A DNA stretch of 63,681 nucleotides, counting the filler, from Hausera hauseri (taxonomy: Eukaryota), in the NCBI GenBank assembly GCA_046269625.1. It is 12 parts of 12 records of this genome, joined end to end, with 100 filler letters (N's around TTAATTAATTAA, not from the genome) between each part and the next. Parts side by side here need not be neighbours in the genome. Positions count along the whole stretch, not along the records: positions 31,441 to 35,720 come from JBJURY010660330.1; positions 35,821 to 40,845 come from JBJURY010357932.1; positions 40,946 to 49,292 come from JBJURY010677662.1; 9 more parts are not named here. One strand, given 5' to 3'. The notes beneath the pieces are model-generated. The model did not search any database and was not told where the DNA came from. It saw nothing but the letters and a program-made list of their open reading frames with translations. This document shows, piece by piece, positions 33,628 to 44,990 of the stretch. A program made the translations under genes and the position numbers. Position 1 is the first letter of the stretch, and every line of letters begins with the position of its first letter.

Positions 33628-34164
33628 GTACAGTTAACAAATTGTTGAGTGAAAAACGGAAATTATTGGAGAAAAGAAAAATGGTTGTTACATAAATCTA
33701 ATTTTACATTCATCCTATTTTATTTGGCTGTTACTTCAGATTGAGTTGTCATCAAATAAAGTGGTTGCAGTTGATAATCAGAATTACAACGTGAAACAAT
33801 GCCATGGTCAGCAACAGTGAAATCGTTTTTGAAGGACAAATATAAAATGACCGAATTTCGTTATGATCAATTGAAGACAATAAATGCAACGTTGAGTAAT
33901 CGAGATTGTATTTTGATAAAACCCACAGGTATGTTGACTTTAAACAATTCGCTTGATTTTGGTTTATTTCTAAGAAGGAGGAAAGAGTCTTTGTTATCAA
34001 TTGCTATCGTTATTATCGGGATTTACTATTGTTGTCACCTATTGTGTCGCTCATGTATGACCAAATAATCAGCAGTGAAAAATTCAGTATTTCCTTTGTG
34101 GCATTGGATGCCAGTTGTCCTGTGAAATTGCAGAATGATGTTTATAAGGCGATGCAAAATGATC
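33583..34164 (+). pseudogene. RECQL: RecQ1 helicase 5' fragment with short introns and frameshifts
   Basis: N-terminal coiled coil, then MPWSATVKSFLKDKYKMTEFRYDQLKTINATLSNRDCILIKPT, intron, GGKSLCYQL..GFTIVV/PIVSLMYDQ. Confidence 0.8.
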
Positions 34165-34478
34165 GTGAGTAAATGACTTGCATTAATTAACTAGATTTAA
34201 TTATTCATGTTTTTTCAACTCACAAAATTATACAGAAATTGCAATTTTTGACATTTTCCAATCTCAGGATAAAAATAAATTAACTGCCAAATTTTATAAA
34301 GCGGACAATTGCAAATGGCATTTGTTACTATTTTGTTATTGATTTCTTGAAATAAACTGAAGGAGTTTTGCAGAAATTGCAATTTTTGACATTTTCCAAT
34401 TTTAGGGGGTAAATATTTCATTTTTAGTAAAAGTAAAAGGTTGATTATACCACAGGTTATGCTTTAGACGCTCTCAAT

Positions 34479-35620
34479 TTGACAAGATATTGTTGCCGGA
34501 AAATGCTATTGTTTCACGTTGACCTAATTGAGAAGTTACTAAGTTATGCTCCTTTAACAAAACTGAATGCTTACTACAAACGACACGTGCGTATGGGATC
34601 AGACTCATTTAAGAAACTCGTGTACTGCATTTACGGAAATAGACTCAGACTACATCAATCAACAGCAGTTGCTGACAAGTGTCGACGATTTCTTATGCGT
34701 GCGCTTATTCCATTTGTGTCGAGCTTACGTATCATTGGATGAGCCTCCATCGCTCGGCCAATTGCAAAAGGTGATCGCCGACGAGTACGATGAATCGTAC
34801 TTCCAAGCTCAAAGTCAACCGATAATGTTCTGCAAAATTCTCATGCTTTATCAATTGTTCGAAAATGCTTTGGCATTTTTGATGAGATTTGATTCACTTC
34901 AGTGTAACGCGATTCATGCGGCAATCGCATTGTGACACGAGAGGCTGTTGCTCGTGCCGGATGATCCACAGGCTCCACTATGTGGGTTTGTTTGTTTCCA
35001 TTGGCGATGATTTGCCGTTCTGTAGTGAATACAGGTGAACAGAACGTCACACTGGTACGATTGAATGTTGAATGAGTTACCACTCTGTGTACGTGAAAAT
35101 TTCAGTCTACACATCAACGAGAGGCGTTGGACATATTTTACCTTTTACAAAGATTGCTGTGTGTGAGCGACGATGCCGATGCATTCGTAATTCTGTCCAG
35201 CAGTCTTATCGTCTAACACGACCAGGTTGATGTTTCCTTCGCCGGTGTCGATGAGTACAGCCGGCCATCAACAGCAGGGTTGTTGACGAGATACGGACGT
35301 GTAGCTGGTCCCGTCCTTCTGTGTGTGACTGCATGGCTGCGGACAATGGACCACATTGAGGATGCCTGTTGATTGTTACGCATGTCCAATAGGCACGAAG
35401 AAGCGGGCTTTGACATAGTGGAATTACTGGCGTCAACAGTCAGCTATCCGTCGCGTCTTCCGTATGGTCTTAGACTGCGCGATAAGGCCCAGTTGATGAC
35501 GACGTATTACCGTTTGTCAGCTGAACGAAATTTGATGTTGCATGCCTTGGAAGTTGCCAATTTCTGTGCACTGAGTGTCGAGAAGACTGCTAAGCGGCTT
35601 TGACTTCATTGGACGACACG
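34479..35620 (+). pseudogene. NUP93: Nucleoporin Nup93/Nic96 internal fragment, intronless, disrupted
   Basis: [29 protein letters not shown] and SLGQLQKVIADEYDESYF..QPIMFCKILMLYQLFENALAFL.RFDSLQCNAIHAAIAL match recalled NUP93; contains frameshifts and stops. Confidence 0.78.
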
Positions 35621-35889
35621 GGATTATTCCCAACGTCAGTAGTTGTATATTAGCTGGTATGGGCCAGGGTCTCAAGTTTTGAGAAAATCTTCATTCGTTC
35701 GCACCCCTCAATCATGAAAANNNNNNNNNNNNNNNNNNNNNNNNNNNNNNNNNNNNNNNNNNNNTTAATTAATTAANNNNNNNNNNNNNNNNNNNNNNNN
35801 NNNNNNNNNNNNNNNNNNNNGTGAAACCACGATCACGTCAGAAAATGACTTTGCACTGACAAAATCACCGACCAATCAGATTGCACCAA

Positions 35890-36105
35890 GTGGGGTGGGA
35901 ATAGTGAAACCCAGTCTGCCGCAGAAATGCCTTTGTTCACAACCAAAATTAAAACAAAATTTTCGCGCCAAATTCAAATTTTTACACTACCTAAAATCCA
36001 TACAGTACGCCTGCTTGTGTGTATCCACTTTCTGACTGTGTGTCTCCCATCTCCATCTTATTAAACGTGTATGTGTGTATCGTTTTTTCTACCCCATGAC
36101 TTATC
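35890..36105 (-). repeat. Interspersed repeat family, copy 2
   Basis: Reverse complement of 3930-4160. Confidence 0.85.
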
Positions 36106-36163
36106 CCGGACCATTTTCTCTCCTTCCTTCCTCGTGAGGAGGGGGGGGCTTGCGGCAGTAGAC

Positions 36164-39100
36164 TCACATGTACCTACTTATTCCATCAATGATCTCGAAG
36201 GATTTGGAAGAACTGAGGAAATTAGCAGATGGTTGATTGATCTTTAAGACTTCAGATGAGAAAATCGGCTCAACTGTGAGGGATCCAACCGACCTCGATA
36301 GAAAGTCAGCTACCAAGTTATATGTGCCCAAGATATATTCCAAAGCAAAACTGAACGTAAACAGGTATGATATATGTCTCTCTTGCCTTGGTGATGGCTT
36401 TTTTAACGACATGGTGTGCTGCAGAGGATTATGGTCAGTTTGAATGACGAATGGACCAGAGAGAAGTAAGTGTTTAAAGTGTTTTACTGCCAGAACTATG
36501 GCAAGTAACTCATGGTCAAATGTGGAGTAACGGCTGTCGGGTTTTGTAAGCTTCCGAGAGTAAAATTCTAATGGCTCGTCGACTCCATTAGAGACCTGGT
36601 GTAGTACAGCGCCAGTAGCTGTGATTGAGGCATCGGTTGTCAGAATAAGATCTGCCTTGGGTTTGGGATAAGCCAGTATTTCTACGGTTTTAAGACCCTC
36701 ACGCAAGTGATCAAACTTGGTTACCAAATCAGAAGTCCAGTGAATCAACTGCCTCTTTTTCCAGATGATAGATGTGCGAAAGGTTCTGTAAGCTCAGAGC
36801 AATGTGGTACGTATTTGTGGATGAAGTGGAGTGTGCCTAAGACACTTCTCATGTCCGTGGTAGACGTTGGTAGAGTTATGTTCTTCAATTGTTTTATTCG
36901 ATCCGGTTGTGGAGAGTGGCCGTCAGGAGTGATGACATAACCTAGGAAATTTACACGTTTTTGAAAGAAATGACACTTGGTGAAGTTGACTTGCAAATTG
37001 ATATGATGTAATCTGTGAAAAATAATACGAAGGTGTTCTTGATGTTGTTTGACAGACGTAGAGGCAACTAGTATGTCATCAATATATGGATGAGCGAAAT
37101 CTAGGCCTGAGAGTACAGTATCAATGTGCCGTTGGAAAGTTTAAGAAGCACTACGTAAACCAAATGGCATAAAGATATATTTGTAGAGGCCAAATGGAGT
37201 AATAATTCCAGTTTTTGGAATATCATGAGGTGCAACCGGAATTTGATGATATGCTTTATGCAAGTCATTTGTGGAGTAAGTGTTAGTGTTTGTAAGGCTG
37301 TGCAGGATATCATTTATGAGAGGTAAAGGATAAGCATCCATGACTGTTAGATTATTTAACTGCCGATAATCACCACATAATCTGTCACAACATGCAAAGG
37401 CGAAGCCCATGGTGATTTGGATCGTCAAATAATGCCCGCCTTTTCGAGTTCATTGAACTCTAATTCAACAGGTTTTCGCCTGCGAGGTGAAAGTTGCCTT
37501 ACCTTTTGTCTAATAGGTCTTTGGTGTTCGGTGACTATGCGGTGATATGTTGTAGAATGCGGCTTGAAATTAATGTCCTTCTTAAGAGTACGGGAACAAG
37601 AAGTTTTAATGTAGGATTTAAGGTCAGAACCCAACGATAAAAATGATGATGGCATATCATTATAAGAATCAGTTGCGGTAATCGACGTAGAATGACTAAA
37701 TGCTTTATTAACGACATTTGGTTTAGCCGAATGTTTCAAAATTGATTTGTTTCTACTTGACGAAATTGAAATATTGATGAAATGTTAAATGTGTTGTTGT
37801 CAACCGATGAACAGGATGTCACATTGGCATTTGAATGATCTGAGAAAGACAAAGTGTCCGACTGGTCGTTTGGTGCGTATTTGTTAGAATTTGCAGTGAA
37901 GTTTCTGCGCAGGAGTCATTTATGCTTGCAGTCGACTAACAAATTGCATGCAGCCAAAAAATCGGAGCCTATTATGGGCGATCTAATGTTGGCTATGTAA
38001 AAATTCCAGGAAAATTTCCCTGGTAGGTTGGAGAATGTGAATGTCAGTTTTGTAGTACCTACAATGTTCACATGTTGACCACAGGCAGTGAAAAGTGGAG
38101 GAGAGAAAACTGTATTAGATGTAGGAGCGAAAGACAAAAGAAGAAGTGAAAAGACAGCTCCTGAATCGGTAAGAAAATATATTTGTGATGTCTCCACATA
38201 ACATTTCAGCTTTCAATAGAAAGACTGCAGAAGCGGTGTTGAAACGGCTAGTAGTTTGAACGATATTGCCTGCACCAGAATGTGCCGTGGCATCTGGTGG
38301 CATTATTTGTTTTTTGAGACTTGTTGGTAGAAAGAGAAGGAATGATGAGGCCGCGGAGGCGAAGCAGATGGAGAAGAACTAAAATTCCTTTTATAATGTT
38401 TACATCCTGGCACGCATAACCTAGACTTGGACTGGTATTTTGCGTGATAGATGCAGATCGGATTGTCTACGGCATATCGTGCATCGTAGAATGTACAGCC
38501 TAAAACACATTTCCTTGCATCTCTGAAAAATTTGTTGTGATAAAAGCACGTCCTTTTACCATCTCTAGATTTAGAACGAGAAGAGTGCCTAAAAAACTGC
38601 GATTGCGAGAAATACGATTTTTGCTTCCTCGAGGCACGGGTAAGTCACTGAATTGGGCTGTGATCGCAGAAATTGCTTGTTGGAGTGGGTCGAACTGTTT
38701 CTGCATCATGTGCAGTTATTGTGCAAATAAAGTGTTATCTGGCAGTGTGTGAGCAGTTGCTGCGACTACTGGCTGCGAGTTGTTACACTGCAGAATATCA
38801 AAGCTTTTATCTGCCAACAAAGCGAGTTTTTCAAGGGCAGTAGAGTCATCTACTGCAGTAAACAAAGCTCGAATGGAGGTTGGCAAAGACGAAAGAAAAT
38901 ACCGACAAAGAAGTTCGGCATTGTTTATAGGAGTCACGCCTAAAGAGCTCAGTTGTGAGATGGCAATTTTAAGGAAATCCAATGGTTTTTTATTTCCAAT
39001 GAAGTGTTCATTAAAATACTTCTGGATTATTCTGTCGATGGAAGGGTCGGTGATATGTAGAACCGATTCATACAACATATCATACGGGCTTGAAGAAGAG

Positions 39101-39800
39101 AGTATGCCAGCCAGATTACTGATCTGCTGCTTGATGTTATCTGGAAGTAATAGCAGCAGACTGTTAGCTCGCAGAAAGGAATTTGTAACATGATTGGCTT
39201 TGAGCCATTGAAAGTGAAACTGTAGCCAAATTCGGCTCGAATTCGTTTTATCTAGGAAAAAGTCTGTACAGGGAAGGTTTGGAGATGTTGATGGTGTGGG
39301 TTCGACAGGACGACGATCAGATCTGATTTTTGTTAAAATTTCGGCAGAAGGATCAAGGTCTGATCCACCACGGACGCGAAAATGGACAGTGAGAGTGATG
39401 GAATATTTCTCGGGTGCAAAAAATTAAAGAGTCGTAAGGTTGCAAAGTTAGATTATTGTGCCTAAAATAAAAATCGTAGAAGCCGAAAAAAGGACAATTC
39501 AGTATAAATAATATGAGCTGTTTGTTTGTGCATAACCCTTAATGTGTGGACATGTTTATTATTAGAAAAGATGAGAAAAGAAGGGGACATGGCGCAACGG
39601 GGGCGGGCACGCTCGGTCTCTCAGCCAGAGAATTTATTGTATTTCGACAAGAATTATTAAAACCAAGATGACTTCTCGATGACATTTTAAATGATTCAGT
39701 GTATGAATAACTGTCACAATTACCTTGTGTTATTTCGTCGGAACTGGTCGAGCAATAAGATGTCGGAGTTGAGTACCCCGAATACTTCGTAGAGATAGGA
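36164..39800 (-). mobile_element. Gypsy CsRn1-like retrotransposon, degenerate copy C
   Basis: gag with two CHCC motifs (CFYHNKFFRDARKCVLGC; CIYHAKYQSKSRLCVPGC), A AAA AAC at 38315-38309, PR FLTDSGA, RT CGDYRQLN/MPFGL/YIDD, and RNase H ORF 36164-36748. Confidence 0.92.
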
Positions 39801-39829
39801 TGATTGTTGCATGACTTTAATGTTTCAAT

Positions 39830-40845
39830 CACTATTTCCTCTTTTCTTTTCGTGAGTTTATTAATTATTTCTTTTTGATCGTGATTTTCACTTTCCATGA
39901 TCTTTAAATGACTTTCAAGTTGTTTTTGGTCTTGCAATAGTTTTTTGCTAAAAGATTTCGTCTCTCGATCTTTTTCAGATAATCCCTTTTTTAATCGCAG
40001 AATAGTAGCCGTTTGTTCTTCAATCAAATGACATTTACTCTTTAAACCTGCTGCTTCAACTTCTAGTTGCATTTTAAGGCGTGATATTTCCGAATTCAGT
40101 GCTTCCATTTTACATTCGAGTTTTGAACGATCTTGTGTGAGATAGTCTTGTTGAGCCAATTCTTCACTCCATAATTTCCTTTCCGTTTTTAAACCTTCAA
40201 TAGTTGACTCCTGTGCAGTAAGTTTTGCTGCATCTTCTTATTTTCTTGCTGCTTTGTAAGTTTGAGTTGAATAATTTGTTTTCGTACTTCTTCTAAATGA
40301 GCTTCTAACGCAATTATTCGTTCCTTGTTTTCACGGTTTATTTCATGCTTGAATTTGCTCATTTCAGTAAGTTTGGATTTCTGATCTGTGATTACGATTG
40401 TCATTTCTGCCATTAATGATTTGGATTCATCTTCCTTCTTTTTTAGAACCTCCGTTTCGGATTTTAAAACATTGTTTTCCTTTATTGTTGTACAATACGA
40501 TTGCTTGAGCTTTTGAAAACGATTTGCTTCCATGTAAAGTGCATATCGAAATTCATCCTCCAGATTTTGATATCGTTTCGCCGAATCATTTAATCTTTTT
40601 TATACACAACGATTTTTTGTGTGCCATCTCGAGTAATATTCACTGAGGTTTCGATATATTGCTTTAATTCTGTACTATCAAGAGCGAATCTGTTTATCAA
40701 CTTCATTTGATGTTCCTTTTCTCTACGAATCAAAGTCGATTGTAAGTCATTGATTTGCTCATCTAAGTACGAACAATGTTTTTTAATGGAAATGACATCG
40801 GATTCAGCTAATTGTTGCTTCATTTTACATTCTTCCAAAAGTTTC
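39830..40845 (-). pseudogene. LRRCC1: LRRCC1 (centrosomal coiled-coil) homolog fragment, intronless, frameshifted
   Basis: LEDEFRYALYMEANRF, KEDESKSLMAEMTIVITDQKSKL, ERKLWSEELAQQ..LTQDRSKLE and KCHLIEEQTATILRLK match the recalled LRRCC1 C-terminal region. Confidence 0.78.
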
Positions 40846-41059
40846 NNNNNNNNNNNNNNNNNNNNNNNNNNNNNNNNNNNNNNNNNNNNTTAATTAATTA
40901 ANNNNNNNNNNNNNNNNNNNNNNNNNNNNNNNNNNNNNNNNNNNNAAGATAACACTTGTCACAGCATTGGCAACGGTAATTTGCTAGGGGGGAAGAGGAG
41001 GAACTGTTAATTTCTAACGACTCTATTGGCTGCGCATTACAGGTTGATGTTAAAAGTTA

Positions 41060-43330
41060 AGTTTGCGACCGGGTGGATGCATGGTAGTACTATGTCTAGT
41101 GAGGCAACCCCTTGTTTTAAACTCCAGTGAACAAATCAGACATTTGTGAATCACTTGTGGATTTACATTGTCTGTCGTTGGTTCTGCACCTGCACTGGCT
41201 TCGACTGGTTTAGGGATAATAGAGGCTAGCAGGGGACGTTTCTGCCGTATGTGCCGAGCTAACTAACCAGCGGTCTTATACTGTTTGGCACAAACTCGAT
41301 ATTTGTTCTTTGCATGCTCCTGGTCGGGTGCTAGGGCACTCTGTCCTACTACCGTTGTTTGTGAATGAAGTGAGGCCAGTGGAGCGCTCTGTCTAGGAAC
41401 ATTTTGTTCGCTGTCTGATTTTACCGCAGTATTTGCCGATGTCTCCTCATTAACGCGTTGATCATCTTTTATGGCATTCTGACGCTCCCTTCCTATATGT
41501 CTGGTGACCCCTCCGTTCGTCTTGAAACAGCGTAAACATTACGGACAATGAAGGCTATCAACCACTCTCTCCCCGTATGTGCGGGGGTGCTTTGCTACTA
41601 TAGTTGTGTGTGCGCGGCTAGCTTTGTAGCAACTTCCCTCGGACAGAGAAGAGGAACTGTTTTTGCTAAGTCAGTTGATGGTGACCGGAACAAACTCGCT
41701 TGCATCTCCTCTTGTATTTGAGCTGACACATCTGGCTCATACTGTACTCGTATCGTTTCTGGTAGGGACTGCATCTCCGCCCCCCATCATCCGGATGCTC
41801 TGGGATGATTCTCGATGGCTCCAGGGATGGTGGGGGAAGATCAGCCTGTGTGGGCACGAGTGCAATACTAGAGCTAGCATCATCCTGATTTTCAACTCTG
41901 GGTCGTTCGCCATATAGTGTGTCATCAAGAATGAGCCCAAACAGTGCATCAATATGAGATGCCGCCGAGTGCGCAGACAGGTTCAGTTCCTCGGTCGCAT
42001 AATCATCGAACTCTATGGGTAGCAACGACGGAATTATGCTATGTAGAATGGGGGTAGCCCCCCAAGTTTAATTGTTGCTGCTGAAGAAGAAACATAGCTC
42101 CACAAAGCATCAAAACAGCTCTCTTCAAGATATATCAACATACGACATATCCCGTTGTCGTCAGCATCATCCTCACCTCTCAGCACCATCATACTACGGC
42201 GCAAGGGCCTCCGTGTCACTATCATGGACGGGTCATGTTGTTGCTAAGTTTTTGGAGATGCATGTGGTGGTGTTGCCGAAGGGCTCCTCACTGTCGGCAT
42301 CATAGGACTAACCACTTCAGCAGGGATCAACGGTGTTTTCAGAGGGACACTAATTTCAACATCTACATCTCGTTCAGACTCGACTACTACTATTGGAGTT
42401 GCAGGAGCACATGATGGCTGATTAGCATGAACAGTGTCATGTTCCTTTGTATGTCTAGTCAATCAACCTTTTGACCTAAATAGATGGTGACATAATTAAA
42501 AGATATATATAGGTCGTTCAGCAGGCTCATGTTCCACAGTCCGTTCGTCCGCACTATTCCGAGAGCGTCTTTCAGGAACATGGACTGCGCATTGAATAGG
42601 TCTGCCGAGACAATCACAGGCCGTTTGTACGGTTGGGTGTACTACATTATCCAGCGACGGGACTATTGATATTGGCGAGGCTGCAAATATTTACTCCTCG
42701 CTACAGTTCTCCTCTACCACTGTGGGTACAATTGCCACCATCTCACTATCCGTGACATCATCATCGCCATTTACTACAGGACAAAAAACTACCGGGTATT
42801 GTTATCGTATGTGGTTCACCAATGACATAACTGATTGGAAGCTCTTCAAACGTTTAGGAGAGATGCGACGTCCATTAGGAATGCTGGGGCTACGGGACAT
42901 TTCTTGACAAGCTCACGCACCTCGTTGCGTGTCATTCCATGAAGACGAACAATGTGGGCTATTCTTGCATCACGGTTATTGAACACTATGTTCCGATCTG
43001 GGCACGCAATTGGGTCGCTAGCTCTACTAAGTCGACATGTCGCCAGAGCAGATATACGGGCTTGTTTGGGGTTCTTTGTATGGCACCACCTGCACTCTTT
43101 TGAGAATGACTTATCAATCACCCGTGAGAATCAGCCGAAATGACGCGACGTACCACTACGGAATTGAGATATGAGGCATTCCTCAGTTCTAGTCAACTGC
43201 GGGGCATCCTCAATGTGTTTATACGTCTGTGTCAGGGTTGTGCGCCTTATAGACTAGCGCCAATGGTGTCCACGTCCTGTCGACCGGAAACTCTAGCCTA
43301 CAGCATGAACTCTTTTCCGGCATCATGATA
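41060..43330 (-). mobile_element. Degenerate 3' part of an ingi/L1Tc-like non-LTR element (DIRE-like)
   Basis: LTRTEECLISQFRSGTSRHFG*FSRVI..ECRWC followed by several C2H2-like fingers (e.g. CLICSLEFKTRGCLTRHSTTMH; CP*CLRCFKTNGGVTRH), as in ingi C-termini. Confidence 0.65.
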
Positions 43331-43820
43331 ATCGCTTCAAGCCAAAGAAGTATTAACTATGACTGATATAACACCCAGGCCCGGGGAGTTGAATGTCCTT
43401 CCACACCCAGGAAGTATGTACGCTCCTGGGTCGATGTTGCCCACACTTTAGCACGGGAACGACGTCATCAAAGGTAGCCGTCTTTGCCGACACATGATTC
43501 CCTTTTCCCACCGTGAGTCATCAGTGAACAACCTCAAACCCGGAATATCAACAGGCGCGATTGACATAGGAACAACAGTACCAAGAACAGCAAAAACAAT
43601 AACACAGTTAGCAATAATTACTCTAAGGGTAGAGCACTAACAACAATAACACTACCAAAAAGAATAATAATCATAATAACAACAGACGCAATAAAAGGTG
43701 GAATAACCGCAATAAAAGCGAACGAAATAACACACGTGGGCAACAATACATCCCCACCAACAATAGATTTAGTGTGCTGCCCTGTCAGCAGCAGGCACTG
43801 CACCCAGCACTACCCTACGG

Positions 43821-44990
43821 GTGCCTACCACTACAGTTCCTCAACCATCTGTCCGCCCCTCAGCTAAACGAGGGTGGAGTCAACGTAGAATGTACCTCCA
43901 CATGGCAGATATCGTAGCTCTTGAGATCAAATTTCTCACATGGCATCACTCCAAAGTTAGTAAACATTTCTCCACGGCCACAAAGCCGTTAATAGTTCTT
44001 AAGCATACATCACAACCTCATCGAGAAGAACACTGTATGACTAGTAATACTGTGGCTCAGGCTGCCCCTTGCTCATCTACTGAGCAGCTTGAGACCGTGT
44101 TCACCATGGAGCAACCCATGGTTAGCATAGCACCTGATAATGGTGCTATGCAACAATTAGCATTAGCTCGGGCGGAGTGTATCCGCCTAGATGAAGAATT
44201 GGCACAGAAGCGTGCCTTTGTAGAAAGCGAAACTGCTAGGCTTTCTACTGAAATTGAAACTGCTCGTCTTGCGGCAGAAGCTGAGAGCGCTAGTTTGGCT
44301 CTCAAATTGGAGACTGAGCGTGCCTTTGCTCAGCATACCTCTGCCTGTATTGCATCTGAAGTGGATTCAATACGCCTCTCTGCCGAGGCAGAGAAAAATA
44401 GACTTATTGTAGCAGTCAACAATGATCGTGTTTCTGCCGATCAAGAAGTTGCTCGCATTGCCTCTGAGGTGGACTCTCAACGGGCTAATGCTCTCATAAT
44501 TAAAGGAAACCTAGAATTAGAGGTCTCCCAGGCCAGGGCGCAATCTCAATGTGAGATTGAAAGCCTGAGCCTTTCTTTAGTACAACAACGTCAGGCTGCT
44601 GCACAGCAGAGTGTGCAGTTTGTGTCACAACAAGGGACTGTGACACAACATAGTATCGCAGCCTGTAGGATTGAAACGGTAGTTTCTAACACTACCGTTT
44701 CAGATAGTTCGTTTGCTGCTGCCAATTCCTACACAGGACCATCACCAGCTCCTTCAATTGCTCCTGCATCTGGTATGCTCTCGGTTGTGCCTTCTATGGC
44801 ACCTAGTCCTGCCCCGAGTTGCCCTGCACCTGCTAGCAGCAACAACCCTTTTGCGCAGGCTGCGCAGGCTGCACAGGGAGCATCTAGGGATTCCGAACGC
44901 CCTTCTTTTGTTAGCATGTTTGGTAACGTCCGGAATTCTTTAAGTTGGTCCAGACCCCCACAAGCTGGCTCTCAGGGGTCAAATTTTTAG
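43821..44990 (+). CDS. ORF1 of an ingi-like LINE: long coiled coil plus A/P/S-rich tail
   Basis: 389-codon open frame (ATG candidates include 44038) with heptad-rich LARAECIRLDEELAQKR...LELEVSQAR; ends at the slippery site overlapping ORF2. Confidence 0.75.
   Translation: MPTTTVPQPSVRPSAKRGWSQRRMYLHMADIVALEIKFLTWHHSKVSKHFSTATKPLIVLKHTSQPHREEHCMTSNTVAQAAPCSSTEQLETVFTMEQPMVSIAPDNGAMQQLALARAECIRLDEELAQKRAFVESETARLSTEIETARLAAEAESASLALKLETERAFAQHTSACIASEVDSIRLSAEAEKNRLIVAVNNDRVSADQEVARIASEVDSQRANALIIKGNLELEVSQARAQSQCEIESLSLSLVQQRQAAAQQSVQFVSQQGTVTQHSIAACRIETVVSNTTVSDSSFAAANSYTGPSPAPSIAPASGMLSVVPSMAPSPAPSCPAPASSNNPFAQAAQAAQGASRDSERPSFVSMFGNVRNSLSWSRPPQAGSQGSNF

Noticed and set aside
30620-40845. 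Idea that the host is specifically losing ciliary genes (DRC7, LRRCC1)
   Set aside because: Non-ciliary genes (NUP93, RECQL, AVL9) are equally broken or truncated, which points to decaying duplicates.
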